From the IMG/VR virus record IMGVR_UViG_3300047565_000012, positions 1-24,888 of that record: a DNA stretch of 24,888 nt; one strand, given 5' to 3'. The notes under the pieces are model-generated. The model did not search any database and was not told the origin of the DNA. It worked only from the letters and a program-made list of their open reading frames with translations. The DNA comes from a virus (Duplodnaviria; Caudoviricetes). Numbering within the stretch: position 1 is the first letter of the stretch; each line of letters begins with the position of its first letter. Positions 1 through 7,243 of this stretch are shown in pieces. The translations under genes and the position numbers were made by a program.

Positions 1-11
1 ACTCAACTAGA

Positions 12-50
12 GGTGGATAACTTTGTAGCCTGTGGATAACCTGTGGATAA
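12..50 (-). promoter_or_regulatory. Cluster of three DnaA-box-like sites
   Basis: TGTGGATAA at 31-39 and 42-50 is the exact reverse complement of the DnaA box TTATCCACA. GGTGGATAA at 12-20 has 1 mismatch. All three share one orientation. Confidence 0.6.
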
Positions 51-130
51 CTTTAGAGTGACTATGTAAGTGAGTACTGACTACAAAGTTACTGGGGGGA
101 GGGTGGGCTGTGTAGTGTTTACTTTTGCGG

Positions 131-199
131 GAGCCTACAAAGTACACAAAAAAGTAAAACTAGAAAAGAGCCTACAAAGTACACAAAAAGGTAAAACTA
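131..199. repeat. Direct repeat, 32-bp unit, 37-bp period
   Basis: gagcctacaaagtacacaaaaaagtaaaacta (131-162) vs gagcctacaaagtacacaaaaaggtaaaacta (168-199), 1 mismatch. Confidence 0.95.
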
Positions 200-404
200 A
201 GTAGATTAATTAGGGACAGATGAACTATGTCTAAGTCCTTGATATGTAAAGAAAACTTAACATAGACTACAAAGTACCTAAAATGCAGTGTAACGGTATA
301 CGGAAGTGTATACAATTAAGGATAACTACAGACACTTTGTAAGGTAAGAAATTAGAGTGTAGACTCTAAAGTGAAAATAAAGTAAGAAATAATTAGACAA
401 ACTA

Positions 405-433
405 TTGTAAGTCAAGACTTAGTAGTGTATAAT
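405..433 (+). promoter_or_regulatory. Putative sigma70 promoter upstream of the packaging genes
   Basis: TTGTAA (405-410), 17-bp spacer, TATAAT (428-433). Confidence 0.65.
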
Positions 434-460
434 ATTCTCTATAGGAAATAATTGTGTTTA

Positions 461-538
461 CTAAGAAGCCTGACCCCACTTCTTAGGTTGACTTCTAAGG
501 CTATTCCGTACACCTTGGAAAGGGAACATAGAAGTTAA
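461..538 (+). ncRNA. Candidate structured RNA / leader (two adjacent hairpins)
   Basis: ctaagaag (461-468) pairs with cttcttag (479-486). ttgacttcta (488-497) pairs with tagaagttaa (529-538). An inner cctt-GGAA-aggg hairpin lies at 513-524. The element is just downstream of the predicted promoter. Confidence 0.4.
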
Positions 539-560
539 ATACACTATTAACAGTTACTTA

Positions 561-703
561 TAATATATTACTTATAAAGTAATTAATATTAATAATACTT
601 ATATAAGTACTTATAACATTATGTTAATATTTATGTCTATGTAACATTTATGTTAATGTCTTAGTACTATATAGTACTTCACTTACCAGTCTCCCTATAT
701 AGG
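561..703. repeat. Very AT-rich array of short palindromes
   Basis: Perfect palindromes at 561-570, 582-593, 596-609, 602-615, 663-678 and 694-703. taaca-N3/4-tgttaat occurs at 614-628 and 642-657. Confidence 0.8.
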
Positions 704-712
704 ACAAAGACG

Positions 713-1105
713 ATGGAAACTAAAGATTCAAATGATGTCGTAAAGGTTGTGTCTCCCAAACTACGTGGTAAGGGTAGACCACCTAAGAGTGATTTACAAG
801 CTGTTAAGAATAGAACTAAGAATAAAGTAGGTAGACCTGTAGGTGATGCAGGTAGACTTCAAGAGTTCAAGGAGAGATTGTTAGCTACAGGTGGTACTAG
901 GATTCTTGATAAGATGATCCAGATAGCCTTAGATGATGAACATCCCGGACAGATGGCAGCTATCAAGTTAGCTATGGATAGGATCTTACCAGCATCTGTG
1001 TTTGATACAGCTAAGAGTGGTGGTAGTATGCCTCAGATCAGTATTAATATCTCAGGCTTAAACAGTCCAATTGTGTCTACTAGCGATGAAGTGATAGATG
1101 TATGA
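713..1105 (+). CDS. terS: Terminase small subunit (probable)
   Basis: 130 aa with a basic N-terminus (GRPPK/GRP motifs), helical core and 'QISINISGL...VIDV' tail. ATGA overlap with terL. Confidence 0.75.
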   Translation: METKDSNDVVKVVSPKLRGKGRPPKSDLQAVKNRTKNKVGRPVGDAGRLQEFKERLLATGGTRILDKMIQIALDDEHPGQMAAIKLAMDRILPASVFDTAKSGGSMPQISINISGLNSPIVSTSDEVIDV

Positions 1106-2361
1106 CACAGTTAAACTTCCAACTGCTTAAGTGGCAGCAGAGTGTCTTTAAAGACACCACTCGCTTTAAAGTAGTCGCTGCAGGTCGAAGGTGTGGTAAG
1201 TCTAGATTGTCAGCAGTATCGTTACTGATTGAAGGTCTTAACTGCCCAGATGGGTCAGCTGTGATGTACATAGCACCTACCCTAGGACAAGCTAGAACGA
1301 TTATGTGGGACTTATTGCATGAGCTAGGTAGACCTGTTATTAAGTCAAGCCATGTGAATAACTTAGAGATTACTTTGATCAACGGTAAGAAGATCTTAGT
1401 ACGAGGAGCGGATAATCCTGACTCTTTGCGAGGTGTGTCGTTAGTCTACGTAGTAATGGACGAATGTGCCTTTATCAAGGAAGATGTATGGCAGAAGATC
1501 ATTCGAGCTTCACTGTCAGATAAGAAGGGTAGGGCTTTATTCATTAGCACTCCTTCAGGTCGTAACTGGTTCTACGATACTTTCAATCTAGGACAGGACA
1601 ACCAAGACGAAGAATGGAAGTCATGGCACTTCACAACGCAGGATAACGAGACTATTGATCCTAAAGAGATTGAGGCTGCAAAGCGTACATTGAGTTCCTT
1701 TGCATTCAAGCAAGAGTATTTGTCTAGTTTTGATACAGCAGGTGCTGATGTCTTTAAAGAGGAATGGTTTAAGTTAGCTGAAGAACCTCAGTACGGTAGT
1801 TACATTGTAGCTATTGACTTAGCAGGTTTTGAAGAGGTTGGTAAGAATGCAGGGGCTTCTAAGAAGAGGCTAGACGAGACAGCTATTGCAGTTGTTAAGT
1901 TAGAGGATAACGGTAACTGGTGGGTACACAAGATCCAGCACGGTAGGTGGGACATCAGAGAGACTGCAGTTAACATCTTGAAGGTTATCAGAGATTTTCA
2001 ACCTACAAGCATAGGTATTGAGCGAGGAGCATTGAAGAATGCTGTGTTGCCATACCTGAATGACTTGATGAGGAAGAATAACATCTATGCGCACATACAG
2101 GACTTAACTCACGGTAACAAGAAGAAAACTGATAGGGTTGTCTGGAGCTTACAAGGTCGCTTAGAGCACGGAAGGATTACCTTCAATGAGGATGAGGACT
2201 GGGGTGAGTTCAGAGATCAGTTAGTTATGTTTCCCACAGCTGGTGTACATGATGACTTGGTAGATGCTCTCAGTTACATTGATCAACTTGCCATAGCTTC
2301 ATACAATGCTGATTACGAAGAAGATGAGTACGAAGTTTTAGACCCTATAAGTGGTTACTAA
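1102..2361 (+). CDS. terL: Terminase large subunit
   Basis: Walker A 'AGRRCGKS', Walker B 'YVVMDE', coupling motif 'ISTP', RNase H-like nuclease residues 'AIDLA..DETA..HDDLVDA'. Confidence 0.97.
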   Translation: MTQLNFQLLKWQQSVFKDTTRFKVVAAGRRCGKSRLSAVSLLIEGLNCPDGSAVMYIAPTLGQARTIMWDLLHELGRPVIKSSHVNNLEITLINGKKILVRGADNPDSLRGVSLVYVVMDECAFIKEDVWQKIIRASLSDKKGRALFISTPSGRNWFYDTFNLGQDNQDEEWKSWHFTTQDNETIDPKEIEAAKRTLSSFAFKQEYLSSFDTAGADVFKEEWFKLAEEPQYGSYIVAIDLAGFEEVGKNAGASKKRLDETAIAVVKLEDNGNWWVHKIQHGRWDIRETAVNILKVIRDFQPTSIGIERGALKNAVLPYLNDLMRKNNIYAHIQDLTHGNKKKTDRVVWSLQGRLEHGRITFNEDEDWGEFRDQLVMFPTAGVHDDLVDALSYIDQLAIASYNADYEEDEYEVLDPISGY

Positions 2362-2370
2362 GGAGATATT

Positions 2371-2532
2371 ATGCCTAATGGTTTGTATGCCAATATTAAT
2401 GCTAAACGTAAGCGTATAGCTGCAGGTTCAGGTGAGAAGATGAATAAGCCCGGCTCTAAAGCTGCGCCTTCTAAGATGGACTTTGTTAACTCAGCTAAGA
2501 CAGCTAAGACTAAGAAACCTAAAGGTAAGTAA
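2371..2532 (+). CDS. Small Lys-rich hypothetical protein (53 aa, missing from the ORF track)
   Basis: SD AAGGAG upstream. Translation: MPNGLYANINAKRKRIAAGSGEKMNKPGSKAAPSKMDFVNSAKTAKTKKPKGK. It fills the gap exactly. Confidence 0.85.
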   Translation: MPNGLYANINAKRKRIAAGSGEKMNKPGSKAAPSKMDFVNSAKTAKTKKPKGK

Positions 2533-2533
2533 C

Positions 2534-2791
2534 ATGAAAGATTCTAGACTTGATAGAGCTGGTGTAAGTGGTTTTAATAAGCCTAAGAAGACACCTAATC
2601 ATCCTACTAAGAGTCACGTAGTGGTGGCTAAAGAAGGAGATCAAGTTAAGACTATCAGGTTCGGACAGCAAGGTGTTACAGGTAGTCCAGATGGTTCAGC
2701 TCGTAATGAATCCTTTAAAGCTCGTCACGCTAAGAATATTGCCAAAGGTAAGATGTCAGCGGCCTACTGGGCTAACAAGGTGAAATGGTAA
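2534..2791 (+). CDS. Small basic phage protein (85 aa)
   Basis: ATG 1 nt after the upstream stop. 'KTIRFGQQG...SFKARH...SAAYWANKVKW' pattern typical of small phage packaging-region proteins. Confidence 0.8.
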   Translation: MKDSRLDRAGVSGFNKPKKTPNHPTKSHVVVAKEGDQVKTIRFGQQGVTGSPDGSARNESFKARHAKNIAKGKMSAAYWANKVKW

Positions 2792-3216
2792 CAAAGATGC
2801 AGTGTCCAATTGAAACACAAGACGTTAAAGAGAACTTAAAGAAGCGTGACTGGGCGTTTAAGAACGTAGGTTATGGCCCAGCTAACCCTGAGCTTTCTAA
2901 CGGATCTTTCTGGAACGATAAAGCTAATGAGTGGCAAACAAGTGTAGCTCAAGCCAAGTCAATGCGCTGTGGTAACTGCTCAGCCTTTATCCAGACTCCT
3001 GAGATGATGGAGTGTATCCGTTCTGGGATAGATGCTGAGAAGGATAGTTTCGCTCAAGATGTAGTAGATTCAGCTAAGCTAGGCTTCTGTGAGCTCTTTG
3101 ACTTCAAGTGTGCAGCTGATAGGACTTGCAGTGCGTGGTTAGTAGGTGGCCCAATAACATCCAGCAAAGTTGAGATTGTAGACATTGCTGAAGACGATAC
3201 AACAAAGGATATGTAA
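2785..3216 (+). CDS. Cys-rich hypothetical protein, possible metal/Fe-S binding
   Basis: CGNC ... GFCELFDFKCAADRTCSAW. Tightly packed between its neighbours. The start could be 2797. Confidence 0.75.
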   Translation: MVTKMQCPIETQDVKENLKKRDWAFKNVGYGPANPELSNGSFWNDKANEWQTSVAQAKSMRCGNCSAFIQTPEMMECIRSGIDAEKDSFAQDVVDSAKLGFCELFDFKCAADRTCSAWLVGGPITSSKVEIVDIAEDDTTKDM

Positions 3217-3217
3217 T

Positions 3218-5230
3218 ATGGATGAGATGAGCAAAGATAGTCCCTTCGAGGAACCTACGCAGGCTGAGAGAGAACTAACCTCTTGGATTGTAGACCATAC
3301 TGAGCGTTGGCGTGATCACCGTGATGCCAACTACATGGTTGCTTGGCAAGAGTATGAGCGTATCTTCCGTGGTCAGTGGGCTGCTGAGGATAAGCAACGT
3401 GAGTCTGAGCGTTCACGTATTATCTCTCCAGCTTCTCAGCAAGCTGTGGAGACTCGTCATGCTGAGATTATGGAAGCTATCTTTGGTCAGGGAGAATTCT
3501 TTGACATTGAAGACGACATCAATGATGTAGATGGTAGTCCTTTTGATGTGGAGAAGATTAAGCTTCAACTGCATGAGGACTTTAAGAAAGACAAGATTAA
3601 GAAGTCCATTGATCACATTGAGTTGATGGCTGAGATTTATGGTACAGGTATTGGCGAGATTATTGTTAAGTCTGAAAAAGAGTACGTACCAGCTACTCAA
3701 GCCATTCCCGGTATTTCGGGGGCTGCAGCTATTGGAGTTCAAGAGAAAGACCGTGTTGCAGTTAAGATCAAGCCTGTCAATCCTAAGAACTTCCTTATTG
3801 ATCCTAATGCTGATTCCGTGGACGATGCTTTGGGCGTTGCTATCGAGAAGTACGTATCCATTCACAAGGTGGTTGCAGGTATTGAAAGTGGCATTTATAA
3901 GAAAGTAGACATCAATCCTCAGTTTGATGATTCAGACTTAGAGCCAACACAGGATCTCCGTAACTTTGAAGATGACAAGGTTAAACTTCTTACATACTAC
4001 GGTTTAGTTCCTCGTGAGTATTTGGAAGGCTTGGAAGAGGGCAACGGAGAGGTTGCAGACCTGTTCCCAGATGACTCCGTAGCTGATGAACATTCAGACT
4101 TGGTAGAAGCTATTGTAGTTATTGCTAATGATGCAGTCCTCTTGAAGGCTGAGGCAAATCCTTACATGATGAAGGATCGTCCAGTCATTGCTTACCAAGA
4201 CGATACAGTCCCCGGACGTTTCTGGGGTCGAGGTACGATGGAGAAGGCCTACAATATGCAGAAAGCTATTGATGGTCAACTACGTGCTCAGATGGACTCA
4301 ATGGCTTTGACAACAGCTCCTATGATTGCCATGGATGCTACACGTCTGCCTCGTGGTGCTAAGTTTGAGATTAAGCCCGGTAAGGCTATCTTGACCAATG
4401 GTTCACCTTCTGAGATCTTGTATCCATTCAAGTTTGGTCAGACTGATGGTAGCTCAGCAGTTGCAGCGCAGAACTTTGAGCGTATGTTGTTGCAAGCTAC
4501 AGGCACAGTTGACAGCGCAGGTATGCCGTCTAACGTTCCTCGTGATGCAGGCGCTGGTGGTATGTCCATGGCTATGGCAGGTATCATCAAGAAGTACAAA
4601 CGTACCTTGAGTAACTTCCAAGAAGACTTCATGATCCCGTTCATTAACAAGGCTGCCTTCCGTTATATGCAGTTTGACAGTGAGCGTTATCCTACAGTTG
4701 ACATGACTTTTGTGCCTACAGCTACTTTGGGTATCTTGGCACGAGAGTTTGAACAGCAACAGATGATTGGTTTGTTACAGACACTAGGCCCTAACACACC
4801 AGTACTGCCCTTGATCCTTAAAGGCATCTTGCAGAACAGTTCTCTGTCTAACCGTGGTGAATTGATGAAGGCTTTGGATCAGATGTCACAGCCTAATCCA
4901 GATGCTCAGAAGGCTCAACAAGAGCAACAGATGGCTCAGATGCAATTGGCAGCTGCTCAAGTGGCAGATTTACAGTCTAAGGCTCAGAAACAACAAGCTG
5001 AAGCTCAGAAAACTATGGTTGAAACTCAGATGATCCCTGAAGAGCATCGAGTTAAGGTGGTTCAAGCTGCAGCAACTAACCTAGATAATGGTGGAGACTT
5101 TGAGAAGCGTCTAAAACTTGCTGACATGATGCTAAAAGAGAAGCAAGTTAACCTGAAAGCTGCCGATATTGCCTCAAACGAGCGTATCGCCAGCCTCCAG
5201 ATGGCTAATAAGGCTAGTAAGAACGCATAA
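3218..5230 (+). CDS. Portal protein
   Basis: About 670 aa downstream of terL. 'AEIYGTGIG', 'GRFWGRG' and a Gln-rich C-terminal coiled-coil barrel as in P22-type portals. ATG 3218 has SD AAAGGA. Confidence 0.92.
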   Translation: MDEMSKDSPFEEPTQAERELTSWIVDHTERWRDHRDANYMVAWQEYERIFRGQWAAEDKQRESERSRIISPASQQAVETRHAEIMEAIFGQGEFFDIEDDINDVDGSPFDVEKIKLQLHEDFKKDKIKKSIDHIELMAEIYGTGIGEIIVKSEKEYVPATQAIPGISGAAAIGVQEKDRVAVKIKPVNPKNFLIDPNADSVDDALGVAIEKYVSIHKVVAGIESGIYKKVDINPQFDDSDLEPTQDLRNFEDDKVKLLTYYGLVPREYLEGLEEGNGEVADLFPDDSVADEHSDLVEAIVVIANDAVLLKAEANPYMMKDRPVIAYQDDTVPGRFWGRGTMEKAYNMQKAIDGQLRAQMDSMALTTAPMIAMDATRLPRGAKFEIKPGKAILTNGSPSEILYPFKFGQTDGSSAVAAQNFERMLLQATGTVDSAGMPSNVPRDAGAGGMSMAMAGIIKKYKRTLSNFQEDFMIPFINKAAFRYMQFDSERYPTVDMTFVPTATLGILAREFEQQQMIGLLQTLGPNTPVLPLILKGILQNSSLSNRGELMKALDQMSQPNPDAQKAQQEQQMAQMQLAAAQVADLQSKAQKQQAEAQKTMVETQMIPEEHRVKVVQAAATNLDNGGDFEKRLKLADMMLKEKQVNLKAADIASNERIASLQMANKASKNA

Positions 5231-5771
5231 AGTCAGCAATTTGTTGATGTTCTTGGGCAGTTCCATCGTTTTTAATGCGATTAGCTCTCCAAGACATCAC
5301 AATAACGTTGCCTTTAACGTATCCTTTAGTAGGATCTATACGATCAAACGATACTGAGTTCTCTAAACGTCCTTTACCTTCTGTAAAGTAATCAAGTTCA
5401 ATACCTAATACAGGACAATGAGAGGGAAACTCTAAATCTCCAAACTCAATAGTCCATTCCCAACCGTATTTATTGTTTTTCTTGTTACGGAACTTTTCTT
5501 TCATAGATTGAAAGATTAAAGACTTAGTAAATTCAGGATCATTCCATTTAGATCCATTCTTAGCAAACATTTTATCGGTGTATTCTTTATTCTTACGGGT
5601 TTGACGTATCTTAAAAGCATCAATACCGTTCTTTAAAGCTATTTGTTTAATACGTTGTTTAGTTAATTTACCGTCTAAACGCTTAGAGATTTCAGTGTAA
5701 GAAACTCCTTCTTTAAGCCATAACAACATATTTTCACGCTCTTGCCCTGTAGTTTTATACTTAAAAGTCAT
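5214..5771 (-). CDS. HTH + HNH-like (beta-beta-alpha-Me) endonuclease, free-standing homing-endonuclease-like
   Basis: N-terminal 'SYTEISKRLDGKLTKQRIKQI' HTH. C-terminal 'CPVLG...SFDRIDPTKGYVKGNVIVMSWRANRIKN'. SD AAAAGGA. AT-rich and antisense to the operon. Confidence 0.8.
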   Translation of the reverse strand: MTFKYKTTGQERENMLLWLKEGVSYTEISKRLDGKLTKQRIKQIALKNGIDAFKIRQTRKNKEYTDKMFAKNGSKWNDPEFTKSLIFQSMKEKFRNKKNNKYGWEWTIEFGDLEFPSHCPVLGIELDYFTEGKGRLENSVSFDRIDPTKGYVKGNVIVMSWRANRIKNDGTAQEHQQIADFMRSY

Positions 5772-5801
5772 GGTAATCCTTTTTATTTAAGTTAAAACGT
5801 T

Positions 5802-5831
5802 ATTGTAACACATGTTAATAGTGCATGTCAA
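5802..5831 (-). promoter_or_regulatory. sigma70 promoter for the HNH gene
   Basis: On the - strand: TTGACA (5831-5826), 18 bp, then extended -10 TGt-TACAAT (5810-5802). Confidence 0.75.
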
Positions 5832-5840
5832 GAGTTTTTA

Positions 5841-5849
5841 TGCTAAAAT
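5841..5849 (+). promoter_or_regulatory. Possible extended -10 promoter facing the head genes
   Basis: TGc-TAAAAT at 5841-5849. The -35 match is weak (GTGCAT) and the context is AT-rich. Confidence 0.35.
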
Positions 5850-5889
5850 ATTAATATTATTAAATAACTTATAGAAAGGTTCTCCTTAA

Positions 5890-6123
5890 ATGGATAAAGA
5901 ACTACAAAAGTATTATGAAGAAACCTTTAATACGATGAGTACTAAGGGTTGGGAGTACCTCATAGAGGACTTCGAAGAGATTAAGGCTAGTTTAAACAAT
6001 CTTTCCACTGTCGACGATACACACACTCTTTTTTATCGTAAAGGACAGCTGGATATTCTTGAATTAGTTTTAGGGCGTAAGGCTGTGTGTGAGAAAGTGT
6101 ATGAGGATCTACAGAATGGCTAA
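5890..6123 (+). CDS. Small conserved head-region protein (post-portal)
   Basis: 77 aa with SD GAAAGG. 'GWEYLIEDF...FYRKGQLDIL' pattern typical of the small gene after portal in such podoviruses. Confidence 0.8.
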   Translation: MDKELQKYYEETFNTMSTKGWEYLIEDFEEIKASLNNLSTVDDTHTLFYRKGQLDILELVLGRKAVCEKVYEDLQNG

Positions 6124-6364
6124 CAGACTGTATGATTTTGAATGCGCTAACGGACACATAACTGAATCGCTAGTTGATAGCGAGCATACAACTGCTAAAT
6201 GTAAGGTATGTAGTAAGGACGCTATCAGGGTTGTATCCTCCCCAAGGATAAAGCTGGATGGTTGCTCAGGCCACTTTCCATCAGCTTCCGACAGGTGGGT
6301 ACAAGTACGAGCTGAAAAGCTCAAACAAGAAAAGAAACAGAACGCATCCCATGTGGGTGACTAA
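6116..6364 (+). CDS. FmdB-like zinc-ribbon protein
   Basis: MANRLYDFECANGH...CKVC...RVVSSP, a Y-x-[FY]-x-C..H/CxxC zinc-ribbon pattern. SD GAGGA before ATG 6116. Confidence 0.8.
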   Translation: MANRLYDFECANGHITESLVDSEHTTAKCKVCSKDAIRVVSSPRIKLDGCSGHFPSASDRWVQVRAEKLKQEKKQNASHVGD

Positions 6365-6421
6365 CTCTGAGTTCATTTATAACACTCCTAAAACCCATAT
6401 AGGGCAGGACGAAAGGTAGGT

Positions 6422-7204
6422 ATGGCTCTCATTGATAATGAAGAACTGGGTAAAAGCGAATTAGAAGCAGTAGAAGAACAACAGTTAGCTCGCAACACAG
6501 CAACTGTACAACCTCAAGATGATACTCCTAAAGTTCCCGAGAAATATCGGGGTAAAAGCTTAGAAGACATCGTGACAATGCACCAAGAGGCTGAAAAGCT
6601 CATTGGTAGGCAGGCTCAAGAAGTAGGTGAAGTTCGACGATTGGCTGATGAACTTATTAAACAGCAACTCTCCACTAAACAAACGACACAGCCTCCAGCA
6701 ATTGAAAATGAGATAGACTTCTTTGAAGATCCTAAGTTAGCGATTCAAAAAGCAGTTGCAAATCATCCCGATGTATTAGCCGCTAAACAAGCGTCATCAC
6801 AGTTAAAGCAGATTCAGACACAAGCAATGCTCAACAAGAAGCATCCTGACTTTGCAAGTATTGTTGGTGATAGTGAGTTTCAAGACTGGGTTAGAGCTTC
6901 TCCAATGAGGCTTAATATCTATGCTATGGCTGATGCTAACTATGATTTTAATGCTGCAGATGAGTTGATTTCAACATTCAAACAGATCCGAACATCTAAG
7001 ACACAACAGACTACAGATGCAGGTAACGCTGTACGCAAGCAAAACTTGACAGCAGCGGCAGTGGATGTTGGAGGTACTGGGGAATCATCTAAGAAAGTTT
7101 ATCGTCGTGCCGACCTTATCCGGCTACGTATGACAGACCCAACACGTTATGAAGCTATGGAGCCAGACATTATGGCAGCATACGCTGAAGGACGTGTTAA
7201 ATAA
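6422..7204 (+). CDS. Capsid scaffolding protein
   Basis: Acidic helical 260 aa directly before the capsid gene. 'PEKYRGKS' motif and C-terminal 'AYAEGRVK'. Confidence 0.85.
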   Translation: MALIDNEELGKSELEAVEEQQLARNTATVQPQDDTPKVPEKYRGKSLEDIVTMHQEAEKLIGRQAQEVGEVRRLADELIKQQLSTKQTTQPPAIENEIDFFEDPKLAIQKAVANHPDVLAAKQASSQLKQIQTQAMLNKKHPDFASIVGDSEFQDWVRASPMRLNIYAMADANYDFNAADELISTFKQIRTSKTQQTTDAGNAVRKQNLTAAAVDVGGTGESSKKVYRRADLIRLRMTDPTRYEAMEPDIMAAYAEGRVK

Positions 7205-7243
7205 ATTAATATATAAACACATAAATTCTTAGGAGAATTATAA

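Noticed and set aside
131-199. Direct repeats as a mini-CRISPR array
   Set aside because: Only two copies separated by 5 bp. No spacer-length unique sequence and no cas genes.
2483-3217. ORF-track starts at 2483 and 3185 (also 6089, 22640, 24750)
   Set aside because: They overlap upstream genes extensively. Downstream starts at 2534, 3218, 6116, 22622 and 24693 fit SD or coupling better.
437-6404. TATAGG motifs (near 440, 698, 6398) as T7-like phage RNAP promoters
   Set aside because: No shared upstream ~17-bp consensus and no RNAP gene in the window.
6365-6415. 'GGACGAAA' suggesting a hammerhead ribozyme
   Set aside because: The required CUGANGA core is absent (ctgagtt) and stems I/III cannot be built.
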